From the NCBI GenBank assembly GCA_030670905.1, contig DAOVAR010000001.1, positions 285 through 64,284 on the forward strand: a stretch of DNA of 64,000 nucleotides, read 5' to 3'. Each line of letters opens with the position of its first letter. Positions within the stretch are counted from its first letter, which is position 1. Source of the stretch: Candidatus Bipolaricaulota bacterium (GTDB taxonomy: Bacteria > Bipolaricaulota > Bipolaricaulia > UBA7950 > UBA9294). The translations under genes and the position numbers were made by a program. This document shows positions 26,700-36,344 of this stretch, piece after piece. The notes beneath the pieces were generated by a model. It saw only the letters and a list, made by a program, of their open reading frames with translations. It was not told where the DNA came from and made no database searches.

Positions 26700-27260
26700 T
26701 TACAGCCGCTCCACGTATTCTCCGCTTCGCGTGTCCACCTTGACTTTGTCTCCAGTTGTAACGAATAGAGGAACCTGAATAACTGCGCCACTCTCTAACG
26801 TTGCCCCCTTCTCCACATTGGAAACGGTATCTCCCTTGACGCCTGGTTCAGTTCTAGCTACTTCCAATTCTATGAAGTTGGGGATGTCTACCTTTACTAA
26901 TCTGTCGTCATGGAAATACCCAGTTACAGTTATACCTTCCACGATGAACGTCCCCCGTGGGCCAAGAAACTCGGCCGATATCGGAAATTGATTGAACCGT
27001 TCGCTATCCATAAATATATAATCATCACCATTCTTATACAAGTACTGAAGTGAGCGAGATTCCATGAACACGGAATCTGTATTTTCCGATCCTCTAAAAG
27101 TGGCTGTAGTTACTCTTCCTGTTTTCAGATTGCGGAGTCGCGTGCGAGCTATTGCTCCACCTCTTCCTCTCTTGGAATGTTCATATCTGGTGATTTCATA
27201 CAGCTCTCCATTATGAAGGATGAACATTCCTTGTCTCATTTCGCTCACAGCTAACCCCAT
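26700..27260 (-). CDS. efp: Elongation factor P
   Basis: 186 aa from the internal ATG (MGLAVSEMRQGMFILHNGELYEI...KGDTVSNVEKGATLESGAVIQVPLFV). The ORF-track entry 26700..27713 is this gene plus a spurious 151-codon upstream extension. Confidence 0.85.
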   Translation of the reverse strand: MGLAVSEMRQGMFILHNGELYEITRYEHSKRGRGGAIARTRLRNLKTGRVTTATFRGSENTDSVFMESRSLQYLYKNGDDYIFMDSERFNQFPISAEFLGPRGTFIVEGITVTGYFHDDRLVKVDIPNFIELEVARTEPGVKGDTVSNVEKGATLESGAVIQVPLFVTTGDKVKVDTRSGEYVERL

Positions 27261-27435
27261 CACTGAATCACTTCCTTCGAGCTCTGATTCCATTCTCCAG
27301 AGTATATTCTCTTTCTTTTGTTCTCTTGTTGCAATAGCCGTTTCGAAGTGACGGGAACAAGAGGCATTGGCTCGGCGTAGCCTAATGTGGGGGAAACTCT
27401 GCGATAACGATTGCTGGGATTCATCGCAGGGCTGA

Positions 27436-27819
27436 CTAATCCTGAGGAGGCCATTCCAGGATTCGTAGCCCCACTTGGGTGATTCCCTTGTTGACGATAC
27501 CGAGTTTCTCGGCTGCTCCTTTGGAAAGATCGATGATCCTTCCCTCAATGAAGGGGCCGCGGTCATTAATTGCAACAATGACGCTCTTGTTTGTTTCCAG
27601 ATCGACGACTTTGACGATTGTGCCAAAGGGGAGGGTCTTATGTGCAGCGCTGATCCCATACATGTCGTAGATTTCTCCGCTCGACGTCTGTCTTCCATGA
27701 AATCCTGGTCCATACCAAGAAGCTATCCCTTCCTCATAGTAACGGTTGCCCATTTGAAAGAAGATAACCAGGATGACCAAGCCGATACTGGTAAGGGCAT
27801 AGAAAAACCATTCTTTCAT
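27436..27819 (-). CDS. rlpA: RlpA-like double-psi beta-barrel (septal ring lytic transglycosylase family) protein
   Basis: 127 aa with a signal/TM segment, then GIASWYGPGFHGRQTSSGEIYD...AAHKTLPFGTIVKV...INDRGP. Confidence 0.75.
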   Translation of the reverse strand: MKEWFFYALTSIGLVILVIFFQMGNRYYEEGIASWYGPGFHGRQTSSGEIYDMYGISAAHKTLPFGTIVKVVDLETNKSVIVAINDRGPFIEGRIIDLSKGAAEKLGIVNKGITQVGLRILEWPPQD

Positions 27820-27980
27820 AGCTTTAATTATAAGGGTAGGAAGATGTTTTTCGCAACTGGAGCAAATGGTCTATACATCATGCAGATATGTAAGCGGCGG
27901 GAGCCTATCTGGGCCATTTCCTGAGGGCATGCGCCGGAATTACTGATGTGATAAGGCTCTTAAGAGACTCTGTCTCTACC

Positions 27981-28009
27981 TTGACGTTCGATAGACCACC
28001 GGTTAAAAT
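27981..28009 (+). promoter_or_regulatory. Sigma-A type promoter of groESL (-35 TTGACG, 17-nt spacer, -10 TAAAAT)
   Basis: cTTGACGttcgatagaccaccggtTAAAATaca lies immediately upstream of the CIRCE element. Confidence 0.5.
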
Positions 28010-28012
28010 ACA

Positions 28013-28039
28013 TTAGCAGGCTAGACCTGTAAGTGCTAA
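28013..28039 (+). promoter_or_regulatory. CIRCE operator (HrcA binding site), slightly degenerate
   Basis: TTAGCAGGC-N9-AAGTGCTAA matches the consensus TTAGCACTC-N9-GAGTGCTAA at 15 of 18 positions. It lies between the -10 element and the groES RBS (GAGGAGGA). Confidence 0.55.
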
Positions 28040-28066
28040 TATCAATGTAGAGGAGGAGATACCAGC

Positions 28067-28336
28067 ATGAAAATCAGGCCGTTAGGGAACAGAGTCCTGG
28101 CAAAGAGCATCAAGGAAGAGGAGCGTAAGACAGCAGGGGGGATTGTTCTCCCCGAGAGCGCGAAAAGCGACAAAGTCGTACGCGCGAAAGTTATTGCTGT
28201 GGGATCAGACGAGAAGATCGAGGTAAAGAAGGGAGACGAGATCATCGTTTCCAGCTTCGCGGGAACAGAATTCAAACTCGACGAAGAAGATCTTCTGCTA
28301 GTCAAGGCTACTGATATACTCGCAGTCATCAAGTAA
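28067..28336 (+). CDS. groES: Co-chaperonin GroES
   Basis: 89 aa, MKIRPLGNRVLAK...GGIVLPESAK... Confidence 0.95.
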   Translation: MKIRPLGNRVLAKSIKEEERKTAGGIVLPESAKSDKVVRAKVIAVGSDEKIEVKKGDEIIVSSFAGTEFKLDEEDLLLVKATDILAVIK

Positions 28337-28361
28337 GAGGAAAACAGAAGGGGGTTAGTCA

Positions 28362-29993
28362 ATGTCAAAAGAAGTCATATTTGAAGAGGAAGCCCGCGGA
28401 AAGATGAAGGCGGGAATCGATAAGCTGACCAAAGCGGTGAGGATTACACTTGGGCCGCGTGGTCGTAATGTGATTATTGATAAGAAGTTTGGGTCTCCTG
28501 ATATCACTAACGATGGAGTGACCATTGCCCAGGAACAAGAGTACAAAGACGAGTTTGAGAATATGGGAGCCCAACTCGTAAAAGAGGTTGCTTCCAAAAC
28601 GAACGATATTGCGGGGGACGGTACCACTACTGCGACCATCCTTGCACACGCGATGATTGAAGAAGGGTTTAAGAATGTCGCTGCTGGTGCCAATCCTATG
28701 GAACTCAAACGAGGATTGGAGAAAGCGTCAGAGAGAGTTGTTGTATCACTGAAAGAGCAGAGTCGTGCTCTTACAACTAAGGAAGAGACAGCACAGGTAG
28801 CAACAATTTCGGCTAATGACGAGGCAATTGGGAAGATCATTGCCGATGCCATGGAAGCGGTGGGAGAAGACGGCGTGATCACGGTAGAGGACTCAGATAC
28901 GATTGAGACCTTTTATGAGGTCGTTGAAGGAATGCAGTTTGATCGTGAGTACATCTCTCCTTATTTCGTAACGGATCCCAAGAAGATGGAAGCGTCTTTG
29001 GAGAAGCCCTATGTCCTGATAACCGATCAGGAATTGAAGAACGCGGCTGACCTTGTCTCTGTGCTTGAGAAAGTAGCTCAGACAGGGAAGCCACTTCTGG
29101 TTATTGCCAAGGATGTTACCGGAGAGGCATTGACAACCCTTGTACTGAACAAGCTAAAGGGAACACTAACGAGTTGCGCGGTAAAGGCTCCCGGGTTTGG
29201 AGATCGACGCAAAGCAATGCTCGAGGATCTTGCAATTCTAACTGGTGCCACTGTGATTGCAGAGGACGCTGGGATGCAAATCAAGGATGCAACAGTTGAC
29301 ATGCTTGGTCAGGCTGGACACATAAGGATTGACAGCGATAACACTACCATTATTGATGGCAAAGGATCATCGGATGCTCTCAAGGGGCGGATTGAACAGA
29401 TAGAGGCTCAAATGGCGACGACTGATTCTGACTACGACCGGGAGAAGTTGGAAGAGCGGAAAGCAAAACTTGCCGGCGGAGTAGCAGTGATCAAGGTTGG
29501 GGCTCCTACTGAGACAGAGCTTTCTGAGAAGAAACATCGAATGGAGGATGCTCTCGAGGCTACCAAGGCAGCCGTTGACGAGGGGATTCTTCCTGGAGGT
29601 GGCGTGGCGTTGGTAAATGCAAATACCTTACTTGATTCGCTCAAGCTGGATGGTGATGAAGCAGTTGGAGTGAACATTCTCCGCCGCGCTCTGGAAGCGC
29701 CATTGCGGCAGCTAGTTGGCAATGCCGGGTTAGAGGGAGCGATTGTCGTAGAACGGGTTAAACATGAGAAGCCGGGAGTTGGCCTCGATGTTCTCACCGA
29801 GAGCTACCGCGACATGTTTGACGCAGGGATTGTTGATCCGACTAAGGTTACCCGCTCAGCGCTGCAAAATGCTGTATCTATTGCGGGAATGCTTCTTACC
29901 ACCGGTGCTTTAGTTGCAGAAATCAAAGAAAAGGAACAATTTCCGGCCATGCCGCCACCAGGGGCTGGGGGAATGGGAGGTATGCCCTACTAG
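28362..29993 (+). CDS. groEL: Chaperonin GroEL
   Basis: 543 aa with [11 protein letters not shown] and a C-terminal GGMGGM tail. Confidence 0.97.
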   Translation: MSKEVIFEEEARGKMKAGIDKLTKAVRITLGPRGRNVIIDKKFGSPDITNDGVTIAQEQEYKDEFENMGAQLVKEVASKTNDIAGDGTTTATILAHAMIEEGFKNVAAGANPMELKRGLEKASERVVVSLKEQSRALTTKEETAQVATISANDEAIGKIIADAMEAVGEDGVITVEDSDTIETFYEVVEGMQFDREYISPYFVTDPKKMEASLEKPYVLITDQELKNAADLVSVLEKVAQTGKPLLVIAKDVTGEALTTLVLNKLKGTLTSCAVKAPGFGDRRKAMLEDLAILTGATVIAEDAGMQIKDATVDMLGQAGHIRIDSDNTTIIDGKGSSDALKGRIEQIEAQMATTDSDYDREKLEERKAKLAGGVAVIKVGAPTETELSEKKHRMEDALEATKAAVDEGILPGGGVALVNANTLLDSLKLDGDEAVGVNILRRALEAPLRQLVGNAGLEGAIVVERVKHEKPGVGLDVLTESYRDMFDAGIVDPTKVTRSALQNAVSIAGMLLTTGALVAEIKEKEQFPAMPPPGAGGMGGMPY

Positions 29994-30020
29994 AACAACC
30001 TGACCCTAAGACTTGTCCTT

Positions 30021-30062
30021 CCCCCTTTGTGTGAGTATGATCGCACGAAGGGGGATTTCTTG
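30021..30062 (+). terminator. Intrinsic terminator of groESL
   Basis: A 14-bp stem (CCCCCTTTGTGTGA / TCGCACGAAGGGGG, with two G-U pairs) and a 6-nt loop, followed by ATTTCTTG. Confidence 0.5.
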
Positions 30063-30950
30063 AAGCACACATTGAGACTGGGCCTAGCACTAGGTGGAGG
30101 TGGCGCGCGCGGCTTCGCTCACTTGGGGGTTCTTATTGCCCTAGAGGAAAACCAGATCCCTGTGAGTGTAATTACTGGGACAAGTATAGGGGCAGTGATC
30201 GGAGCGGCGAAAGCCCTTGAGATGGACCTAAAGAAGCTAGAGCGGCTTCTTTCTTGTCTTGACCTAAATGAGCTGCTACAGGTCTCCAGTAGTACCACGC
30301 GAGAGATACAGCGAGTGATAGGCCGTGGAATGGTAGAATACGTACGAGGGACAAGCTTACGAGAGGAAAAGACTACTCCAGAGAGGCTTGCTCGCATACG
30401 GGAACTTTTCTCCCTTTTAACTGCTAACAAGAGTTTTTCTGATATCACTATTCCCTTTGCCGCTGTTGCGGCGGATTTGGAGACTGGACAGAGGGTGGTA
30501 CTAAACCAGGGGAAGCTTAGTCAAGCGGCTGCTGCGAGTGCAGCCATTCCGGGAGTGTTCCACCCGGTTCGTTACAGGAAACGCTTTCTGATCGATGGAG
30601 GCGTAATTGACAAGATCCCAGCTAGCCTGGCGATTGAAATGGGTGCCGAGAGTGTACTTGCGATTGATACTGGAGCTCCATTGGCGTCCTCGATTAACAC
30701 TAGTTTTGACATCTTCTTGCAGACATATGGGATTACTTCTCGCGAGTTGACCAGCTTACAACTCAATGCAGTGCGAAAACAGGTTAGCGGCCGCTTTCTT
30801 CTTCTCAGGCCGGATGTCAGCTGGATCAAGCTTCTTGATTTCGAGCAGTCCTCTGCGGCAATTCAGGCTGGAAAGGAGGAGGCAATCGCTCATATCTCTG
30901 AGATTAAGGAATTGTGCGGAGCGCGTGGTCGTTTCCGTGGTGTTAATTGA
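30060..30950 (+). CDS. Patatin-like phospholipase
   Basis: GLALGGGGARGFAHLGVL, GTSIGAVIG and DGGV motifs. The ORF-track start at 30027 (TTG) lies inside the groEL terminator stem. The in-frame TTG codons at 30060 or 30072 are more plausible, but the true start is uncertain. Confidence 0.75.
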   Translation: MKHTLRLGLALGGGGARGFAHLGVLIALEENQIPVSVITGTSIGAVIGAAKALEMDLKKLERLLSCLDLNELLQVSSSTTREIQRVIGRGMVEYVRGTSLREEKTTPERLARIRELFSLLTANKSFSDITIPFAAVAADLETGQRVVLNQGKLSQAAAASAAIPGVFHPVRYRKRFLIDGGVIDKIPASLAIEMGAESVLAIDTGAPLASSINTSFDIFLQTYGITSRELTSLQLNAVRKQVSGRFLLLRPDVSWIKLLDFEQSSAAIQAGKEEAIAHISEIKELCGARGRFRGVN

Positions 30951-31276
30951 TGTAGTAGAAGCGCAAATCTACTATCTCTTAATCCGTAGATATTGCGCGC
31001 GCTAAGGCTGTTTATGCCTACAGGGAAAGTAACGAAACCTGTCGAGACCAAATCTTGAGACTGCCGTGGCTGAGTCCCCGGGCGCAATAGTTACAGAAGA
31101 AGAGGCGCTAGTAAGCAGATCCGACAATTTGTGCTTTGGAAGTTGAGTATGTTGAGCCAGGACGGCCGGCCCGCGGGTCTCAGATCTTGGAATCCTCATA
31201 ACGAGGAAGCACTTTGGTAGACGGCCGCCCTTGCGTTGTAAGACAAGCAAGCTCCAGCGGAGATAGTTACCGGTAG

Positions 31277-31915
31277 CTAGCCAGGTGGGTTTGCCTCAGC
31301 ATCAAGAGCTGCCGCGTTCTTTGCCCCAGGGGTTCCGTTTATCTTGTTGCCCAAAGCATCACTCCCGCAGGCAGTGATTCCGTCGTTACTTTGCCAATTT
31401 GACAAACTATCCGCTTTGGTTGGGTCAACCCGCTCCATAGAAGCGTAAATGGGCTCGTCTTGTGAAGCGTTGCCAGCAATCCATTCTTCCTGGAAGGCAT
31501 TTGCCGTATCTACTTCCTCACCATCCTGATCGAGCAAGCAGAGAGTGGCGCCACTATTGGGTAAGCTTCCCTTGTATATCAGATCTGCTGGAATGTCCAA
31601 TATTGTCTCATCGTCAGTCCGTTCAAGTAGAAAGAAACCGTGAGCAGCTATTGTAGTACGGCGAGTCTCTACCGTTGCTTCTCCCACAGTATCGAAGTGG
31701 ATCACCCACTTGTCAGAGGTAAGTGTCCACCCGCTAAGGTCTACCGGTTCCTCTGATGGGTTGTACAGTTCTATCCATTCATCAGAAGAACTTGCTTCTG
31801 TTCCTGCCCATGCTATTTCATTTATGACAACCGTTTGTGACAGCGCAACTGACGTTGTCACAAAAACAAGGCTAGCCACTGTAAGCAGTATGGCTACTAG
31901 ATTCTTCGTACACAT
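31277..31915 (-). CDS. Secreted lamin-tail-domain (LTD) protein
   Basis: 212 aa with a signal peptide, then VVINEIAWAGTEASSSDEWIELYNPSEEPVDLSGWTL, an LTD signature. Confidence 0.55.
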   Translation of the reverse strand: MCTKNLVAILLTVASLVFVTTSVALSQTVVINEIAWAGTEASSSDEWIELYNPSEEPVDLSGWTLTSDKWVIHFDTVGEATVETRRTTIAAHGFFLLERTDDETILDIPADLIYKGSLPNSGATLCLLDQDGEEVDTANAFQEEWIAGNASQDEPIYASMERVDPTKADSLSNWQSNDGITACGSDALGNKINGTPGAKNAAALDAEANPPG

Positions 31916-32228
31916 CCTATCCTCCTTTGTACACTGTTATCGGTGGTTCGCTGTGCTTGTCTTATCGTATAAGTAATGATACTCTAACAGGTGTGTAATG
32001 TCAACTATTCTAAGAGCAAGTAAGCGTTGGATTAGTAGGAGATGGAAAGGCCTTTTATGGGAATTATCTGAATCGATCTAGGCTCTAGCGCATCGCACGC
32101 GATTTGGCGGAGTAGTTATACTCTGTGACGACGCATTGCCATACTCGCTGCAACACCTTACACTATTGCGTAAACAGGAACAGAGAAGGATACTCAAACA
32201 AGATATCTTACCGGGCTACCGAGGAGAC

Positions 32229-33470
32229 ATGAACACGTTATTAGTCTTTGGGATCTTGATCGTTGTTGGCTTTGTCTTTGGCGAACTAGCCAACAAGCTT
32301 CGACTCCCTCGGGTGACGGGGTACATCATTGCTGGGATTGTCTTGAACCCCGAGGTGTCACATCTTATCCCAGTGGAGTTTGTGCAGTCGACGAGCACGG
32401 TAACGAATTTCGCCCTTGCCATCATGACATTTGAAGTAGGAGGTACCTTAGCCTTAGAGCCCTTACGAGAGCTCGGAAAAGGAATTGCGTTTATGGCATT
32501 GGGCGAGGCTGAACTGGCCACGCTATTCGTTGTAATCGGTACGCTAGTCACCCTGCCATTCTTGATTCACATTGAGGGAGGGAGCTTCATTGCCACATAC
32601 CTTCCATTAGCGCTTCTATTGGGAGCACTCGCCTCACCAACTGATCCATCGGCTACCCTTGCGGTTATTCACCAGTACAAGGCAAAGGGCCCCGTATCGT
32701 TCAGTATTATGGGAGTTGCCGCGGTGGATGACGCGCTTGGTGTGATCAACTTCAGTCTTGCCGCGGCGCTAGCAGCAATCTTTGCCGGTAATGCGGCTCT
32801 TCGCGCATCAGCATTTATTGCACCGTTAATAGGCATCGTTGGGGCAGTTGTACTTGGAGTGTTCTGCGGTATGATTTACTATGCGACTTCTCGCTTCTTA
32901 CGGGAAGAATCAGAAGGACTCTCTATTGTTGCAGTAATCGCCGTTCTCTCTTCATGCTACGGGGCTGCTACTCTGCTTGGATTAGACCAGCTCCTGGCGA
33001 CGATGACAGTAGGAGTTACTGTTGTCAACCTGGGGCGCTCGCGAGATCGAATCTTCAAGGCTACAGAGAACTACATTGAACCTCTTATATTTGTTCTCTT
33101 CTTTGCCATTAGTGGAATGCTACTTGATTTCCAGATGTTGCTTAAGTTTCTCCCTTTGGTTCTGTTATTCATCCTCTTCCGCTCATTGGGGAAGTTTACT
33201 GGCGCCTATGCCGGCGCTACGCTTGCGCGCTCTCCCCAGAAAGTGCGTCGCTATACTTGTCTGGGGTTAATCCCGCAAGGAGGGATTGTCATCGGGCTTG
33301 CCCTTATTGCACGACAGATTCCAGGGCTGGCTTCGGTAAGTAACATCCTGCTGAGTGTGATTATCGGTGCAACGGTTATTCACGAACTGATTGGCCCACT
33401 CACGTCGAGAATCGCTTTGCAGAAGGCGGGTGAGATCCCGGGAGAAGCCAGGAGAAAGGAGACACGATGA
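32229..33470 (+). CDS. Cation:proton antiporter (CPA/Na+-H+ exchanger family)
   Basis: About 413 aa and polytopic, MNTLLVFGILIVVGFVFGELANKLRLPRVTGYIIAGIVL. The ORF-track start at 32136 adds 31 non-hydrophobic residues. The ATG at 32229 is preferred. Confidence 0.75.
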   Translation: MNTLLVFGILIVVGFVFGELANKLRLPRVTGYIIAGIVLNPEVSHLIPVEFVQSTSTVTNFALAIMTFEVGGTLALEPLRELGKGIAFMALGEAELATLFVVIGTLVTLPFLIHIEGGSFIATYLPLALLLGALASPTDPSATLAVIHQYKAKGPVSFSIMGVAAVDDALGVINFSLAAALAAIFAGNAALRASAFIAPLIGIVGAVVLGVFCGMIYYATSRFLREESEGLSIVAVIAVLSSCYGAATLLGLDQLLATMTVGVTVVNLGRSRDRIFKATENYIEPLIFVLFFAISGMLLDFQMLLKFLPLVLLFILFRSLGKFTGAYAGATLARSPQKVRRYTCLGLIPQGGIVIGLALIARQIPGLASVSNILLSVIIGATVIHELIGPLTSRIALQKAGEIPGEARRKETR

Positions 33471-35356
33471 AGCGTGTTGCTAAGCAGTATGGGCTGTGGA
33501 AGAGCTCGATTACTCCATATGTCCTTTCCCAGGGGATTCGAATAGCTAATCTTGGTTGGGACTCAGATGGGGAGACGCTTGTCTGGCTTGAGGAGCGGGC
33601 TGGGCATGGAGTGCTTGTGGCGAAGCATCGAAAGAAGGCGGCGCATGATCTGACCTGTGAGTTGTCGGTACGCGCGCGAGTGGGTTATGGTGGTGGTGAT
33701 TTTACTGTCTCGCACGGGATGACCTACTTCGTTGCTGACGGACGTATCTATCGCCAGTCCCTTTCAGCGGGAGCGGCACAATCTGTTACTCCGGCATATG
33801 GTCAAGCTGCCTCACCATGTATCTCGCCAGATGGACGGTGGATGTTGTATGTGCACAGTGATGGACTAGAGGATGTACTTGCCATTATTGATGTTGAAGG
33901 GAAGCTCTGGCCGCAGAAACTCGTTGCCGGAGATGACTTCTACATGCAGCCATGCTGGCATCCTTCTGGTGAGAAGATTGCATGGATTTCATGGAGGCAT
34001 CCACAAATGCCCTGGGAAGGAACAACCGCCCATCTTGCCAAACTGGATATGGGGAAAGAGGGACTTCCTAGCGTGAAGGAAACAAGGATAATTGCGGGAG
34101 GAGAGAGTACTTGTATCTTTCAACCGGAGTTTTCTCCTGATGGTCGCTACCTTGCATACATCTCTGATGAAAGTGGTTTTGGCAGTCTGTATTTGTATGA
34201 CTTGTCCATGAAAACACCCCGCCAACTAACTAGTGGTAACGAAGAGCTTGCAATGCCTGCTTGGATACAAGGGATGCGAACCTATGGATTTAGCTATACA
34301 TCTCGTGAGATTATCTGCCGGGTCAGTTCGGGGGGGATCAATCGATTGGAGCGAGTCGATATTGAAACAGGGACAGCAGAACAACTTGAGCAGTTCTCTG
34401 ATTACACTCTGCTGAGCCAGCTTGTTCCTTCCCCGACGGAAAACGCTGTCGCCCTAATCGCGCAATCTGCCGTGACTCCGGCCCGTGTAGCTACGTGTAC
34501 ATTTACCGTCCGGGAACAGCCACGTATTCATCGGTATTCCACGGCAGCCGCTATCCCAGATGGTGAGTTATCCACACCAGAAGTTGTTAGCTGGCCTGCC
34601 CAGGATGGAGGAGAAGTCCACGGTTTCTACTATCAACCGCGCAATGAAGCTTTCGTGGGAATTGGTCTTCCCCCAGTGGTTATCATGGTGCATGGCGGGC
34701 CAAGCTCACAGTATACAGCGGGATATCATGGCGGCACACAGTTTTTTTCATCTCGTGGGTACGGCGTTCTTGAAGTGAACTATCGCGGGAGTACTGGCTA
34801 TGGAAGAAGCTATCGGGAAGAACTGAATGGGAAGTGGGGAATCATTGATGTAGAAGATGTAGTCTCTGGGGCAGCATTTCTGGCTGAGACCGGTCGTGCC
34901 GATAGTGGCAGATTAGCGATCATGGGCGGAAGTGCTGGAGGGTATACGGTCCTTCGTGTTCTTACTGAGCACCCAGGAAGGTTTAAGGCAGCTGTTTGCT
35001 TGTACGGGGTTTCTGATCTGTTTACCCTTGCCCAGGATAACCATAAATTCGAGGCTCATTACCTCGATTCGTTGCTTGGTCCTCTCCCCGAGGCGAGTGA
35101 GGTTTATCGTGTTCGTTCTCCAATATTCTCCGCGCAGAAGATTATCGATCCAATTGCTATTTTCCAGGGAGAGGAAGACAAGGTTGTCCCCAAAGACCAG
35201 TCAGAAAGGCTGGTTGCCTCTCTTAAGAATCGTGGCGTTCCCTATGAGTACTACCTCTATGCTGGGGAGGGGCACGGATTCCGGAAATCGGAGACGACCG
35301 AAAGTCTGTATAAAAGAATAGAGCAGTTTTTGATCAAACATCTGCTTTTTGCTTAG
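33467..35356 (+). CDS. S9-family serine peptidase (acylaminoacyl-peptidase / prolyl oligopeptidase-like) with an N-terminal beta-propeller
   Basis: 629 aa with VVIMVHGGP...GIIDVEDV...GGSAGGY (GxSxGG nucleophile elbow), and D and H in the C-terminal region. Confidence 0.8.
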   Translation: MKRVAKQYGLWKSSITPYVLSQGIRIANLGWDSDGETLVWLEERAGHGVLVAKHRKKAAHDLTCELSVRARVGYGGGDFTVSHGMTYFVADGRIYRQSLSAGAAQSVTPAYGQAASPCISPDGRWMLYVHSDGLEDVLAIIDVEGKLWPQKLVAGDDFYMQPCWHPSGEKIAWISWRHPQMPWEGTTAHLAKLDMGKEGLPSVKETRIIAGGESTCIFQPEFSPDGRYLAYISDESGFGSLYLYDLSMKTPRQLTSGNEELAMPAWIQGMRTYGFSYTSREIICRVSSGGINRLERVDIETGTAEQLEQFSDYTLLSQLVPSPTENAVALIAQSAVTPARVATCTFTVREQPRIHRYSTAAAIPDGELSTPEVVSWPAQDGGEVHGFYYQPRNEAFVGIGLPPVVIMVHGGPSSQYTAGYHGGTQFFSSRGYGVLEVNYRGSTGYGRSYREELNGKWGIIDVEDVVSGAAFLAETGRADSGRLAIMGGSAGGYTVLRVLTEHPGRFKAAVCLYGVSDLFTLAQDNHKFEAHYLDSLLGPLPEASEVYRVRSPIFSAQKIIDPIAIFQGEEDKVVPKDQSERLVASLKNRGVPYEYYLYAGEGHGFRKSETTESLYKRIEQFLIKHLLFA

Positions 35357-35378
35357 ATATACGCCTACTGATATCATT

Positions 35379-35398
35379 GATAACAGGTGATTGTTATC
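35379..35398 (+). promoter_or_regulatory. Perfect 7-bp inverted repeat (GATAACA-N6-TGTTATC) in the radC upstream region, a candidate operator
   Basis: Read directly from the sequence at 35379-35398, 64 bp upstream of the radC ATG. Confidence 0.3.
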
Positions 35399-35461
35399 TA
35401 ACATGGTCAAGCTTTTTTTCCAATGAGTGGTCATGTGTTGATCGCGCAAGGTGAATGAATT

Positions 35462-36151
35462 ATGGCTTCTCAGCATCCTCACTATCTCGGCCATCGAGAA
35501 AGGCTTCGTGAAAGGTTCCTTAGAGTAGGTTTTGCCGGATTTGCCGATCATGAAGTTGTTGAGCTGCTTCTCATCCTGGCGATTCCAAGAAGGGATGTCA
35601 AGGGACCGGCAAAAGAACTTCTTCGAAGGTTTGGGAATCTCCGAGGAGTGCTTGATGCTCCTGTTGATGAACTTCGTGAGACGCGGGGGATTGGTGAAGT
35701 TGCCCCTGTCGCGCTACGAATCATCCGTGAGGTGGCGAGCCTCTATCTCCAACAGAAAGGAGAGGGCAGCCAGCCGATGTCCAGCCCAGGGGTGTTACAT
35801 GATTTCTGGCGAGTGCGTCTTGGTGGTTTACGAAACGAGGTCTTTGAGGTGGCCTATCTGGGTACAGGCGCCTGCCTGTTACGAGATGGGATTGAAAGGC
35901 TGGCACAAGGAACGATTGATCGAGCGGCTGTCTATCCGCGCAGGGTAATGGAGGCGGCTCTTTATCGGGGCGCAGCAGCTCTCGTCTTCGCGCATAACCA
36001 TCCAAATGGCGATGTGAGACCATCTGTACAGGACAAAGTGATTACGAAGGCGTTGATTCTTGCCGCGATGACTCTTAACATCGAAGTCATTGACCACCTC
36101 ATAGTTTGTTCGAATGAAGTGTTTAGCTTTCGCAGCGAAGGCCTGCTATGA
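35462..36151 (+). CDS. radC: RadC-like JAB-domain protein (UPF0758)
   Basis: 229 aa with an HhH-like N-terminus and FAHNHPNGDVRPSVQD (JAMM motif HxHPxG...S..D). Confidence 0.8.
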   Translation: MASQHPHYLGHRERLRERFLRVGFAGFADHEVVELLLILAIPRRDVKGPAKELLRRFGNLRGVLDAPVDELRETRGIGEVAPVALRIIREVASLYLQQKGEGSQPMSSPGVLHDFWRVRLGGLRNEVFEVAYLGTGACLLRDGIERLAQGTIDRAAVYPRRVMEAALYRGAAALVFAHNHPNGDVRPSVQDKVITKALILAAMTLNIEVIDHLIVCSNEVFSFRSEGLL

Positions 36152-36344
36152 CAAGCATTGCATACCCTATCCTGTAAAGCTTCTTATTGCTCGACGATTC
36201 AGAGAAACAGATCACTCCCAGGCGACTCTCGCTCGGGCTATGACCATCTTCTTCTTGGCTTCGCAGTGCTTAGGATTGTAAGTGAGTGTGAGCTTGGGCT
36301 ACGCGCTTGAAACAGTAAGGACGCTGGTTGCCCGGTTAGTAGAG

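Noticed and set aside
26700-27713. 337-aa ORF-track entry
   Set aside because: Only the C-terminal 186 aa is EF-P. The first 151 codons are a Ser/Arg-rich read-through with no homology. The start was moved to the internal ATG at 27260.
35379-35398. Reading the radC-upstream palindrome as a Fur box or a LexA/Cheo box
   Set aside because: The GATAAC hexamers resemble Fur half-sites, but the 7-6-7 geometry fits neither Fur (7-1-7, 19 bp), the Cheo box (GAAC-N4-GTTC) nor the E. coli LexA box (CTGT-N8-ACAG). It is reported only as an unknown operator.
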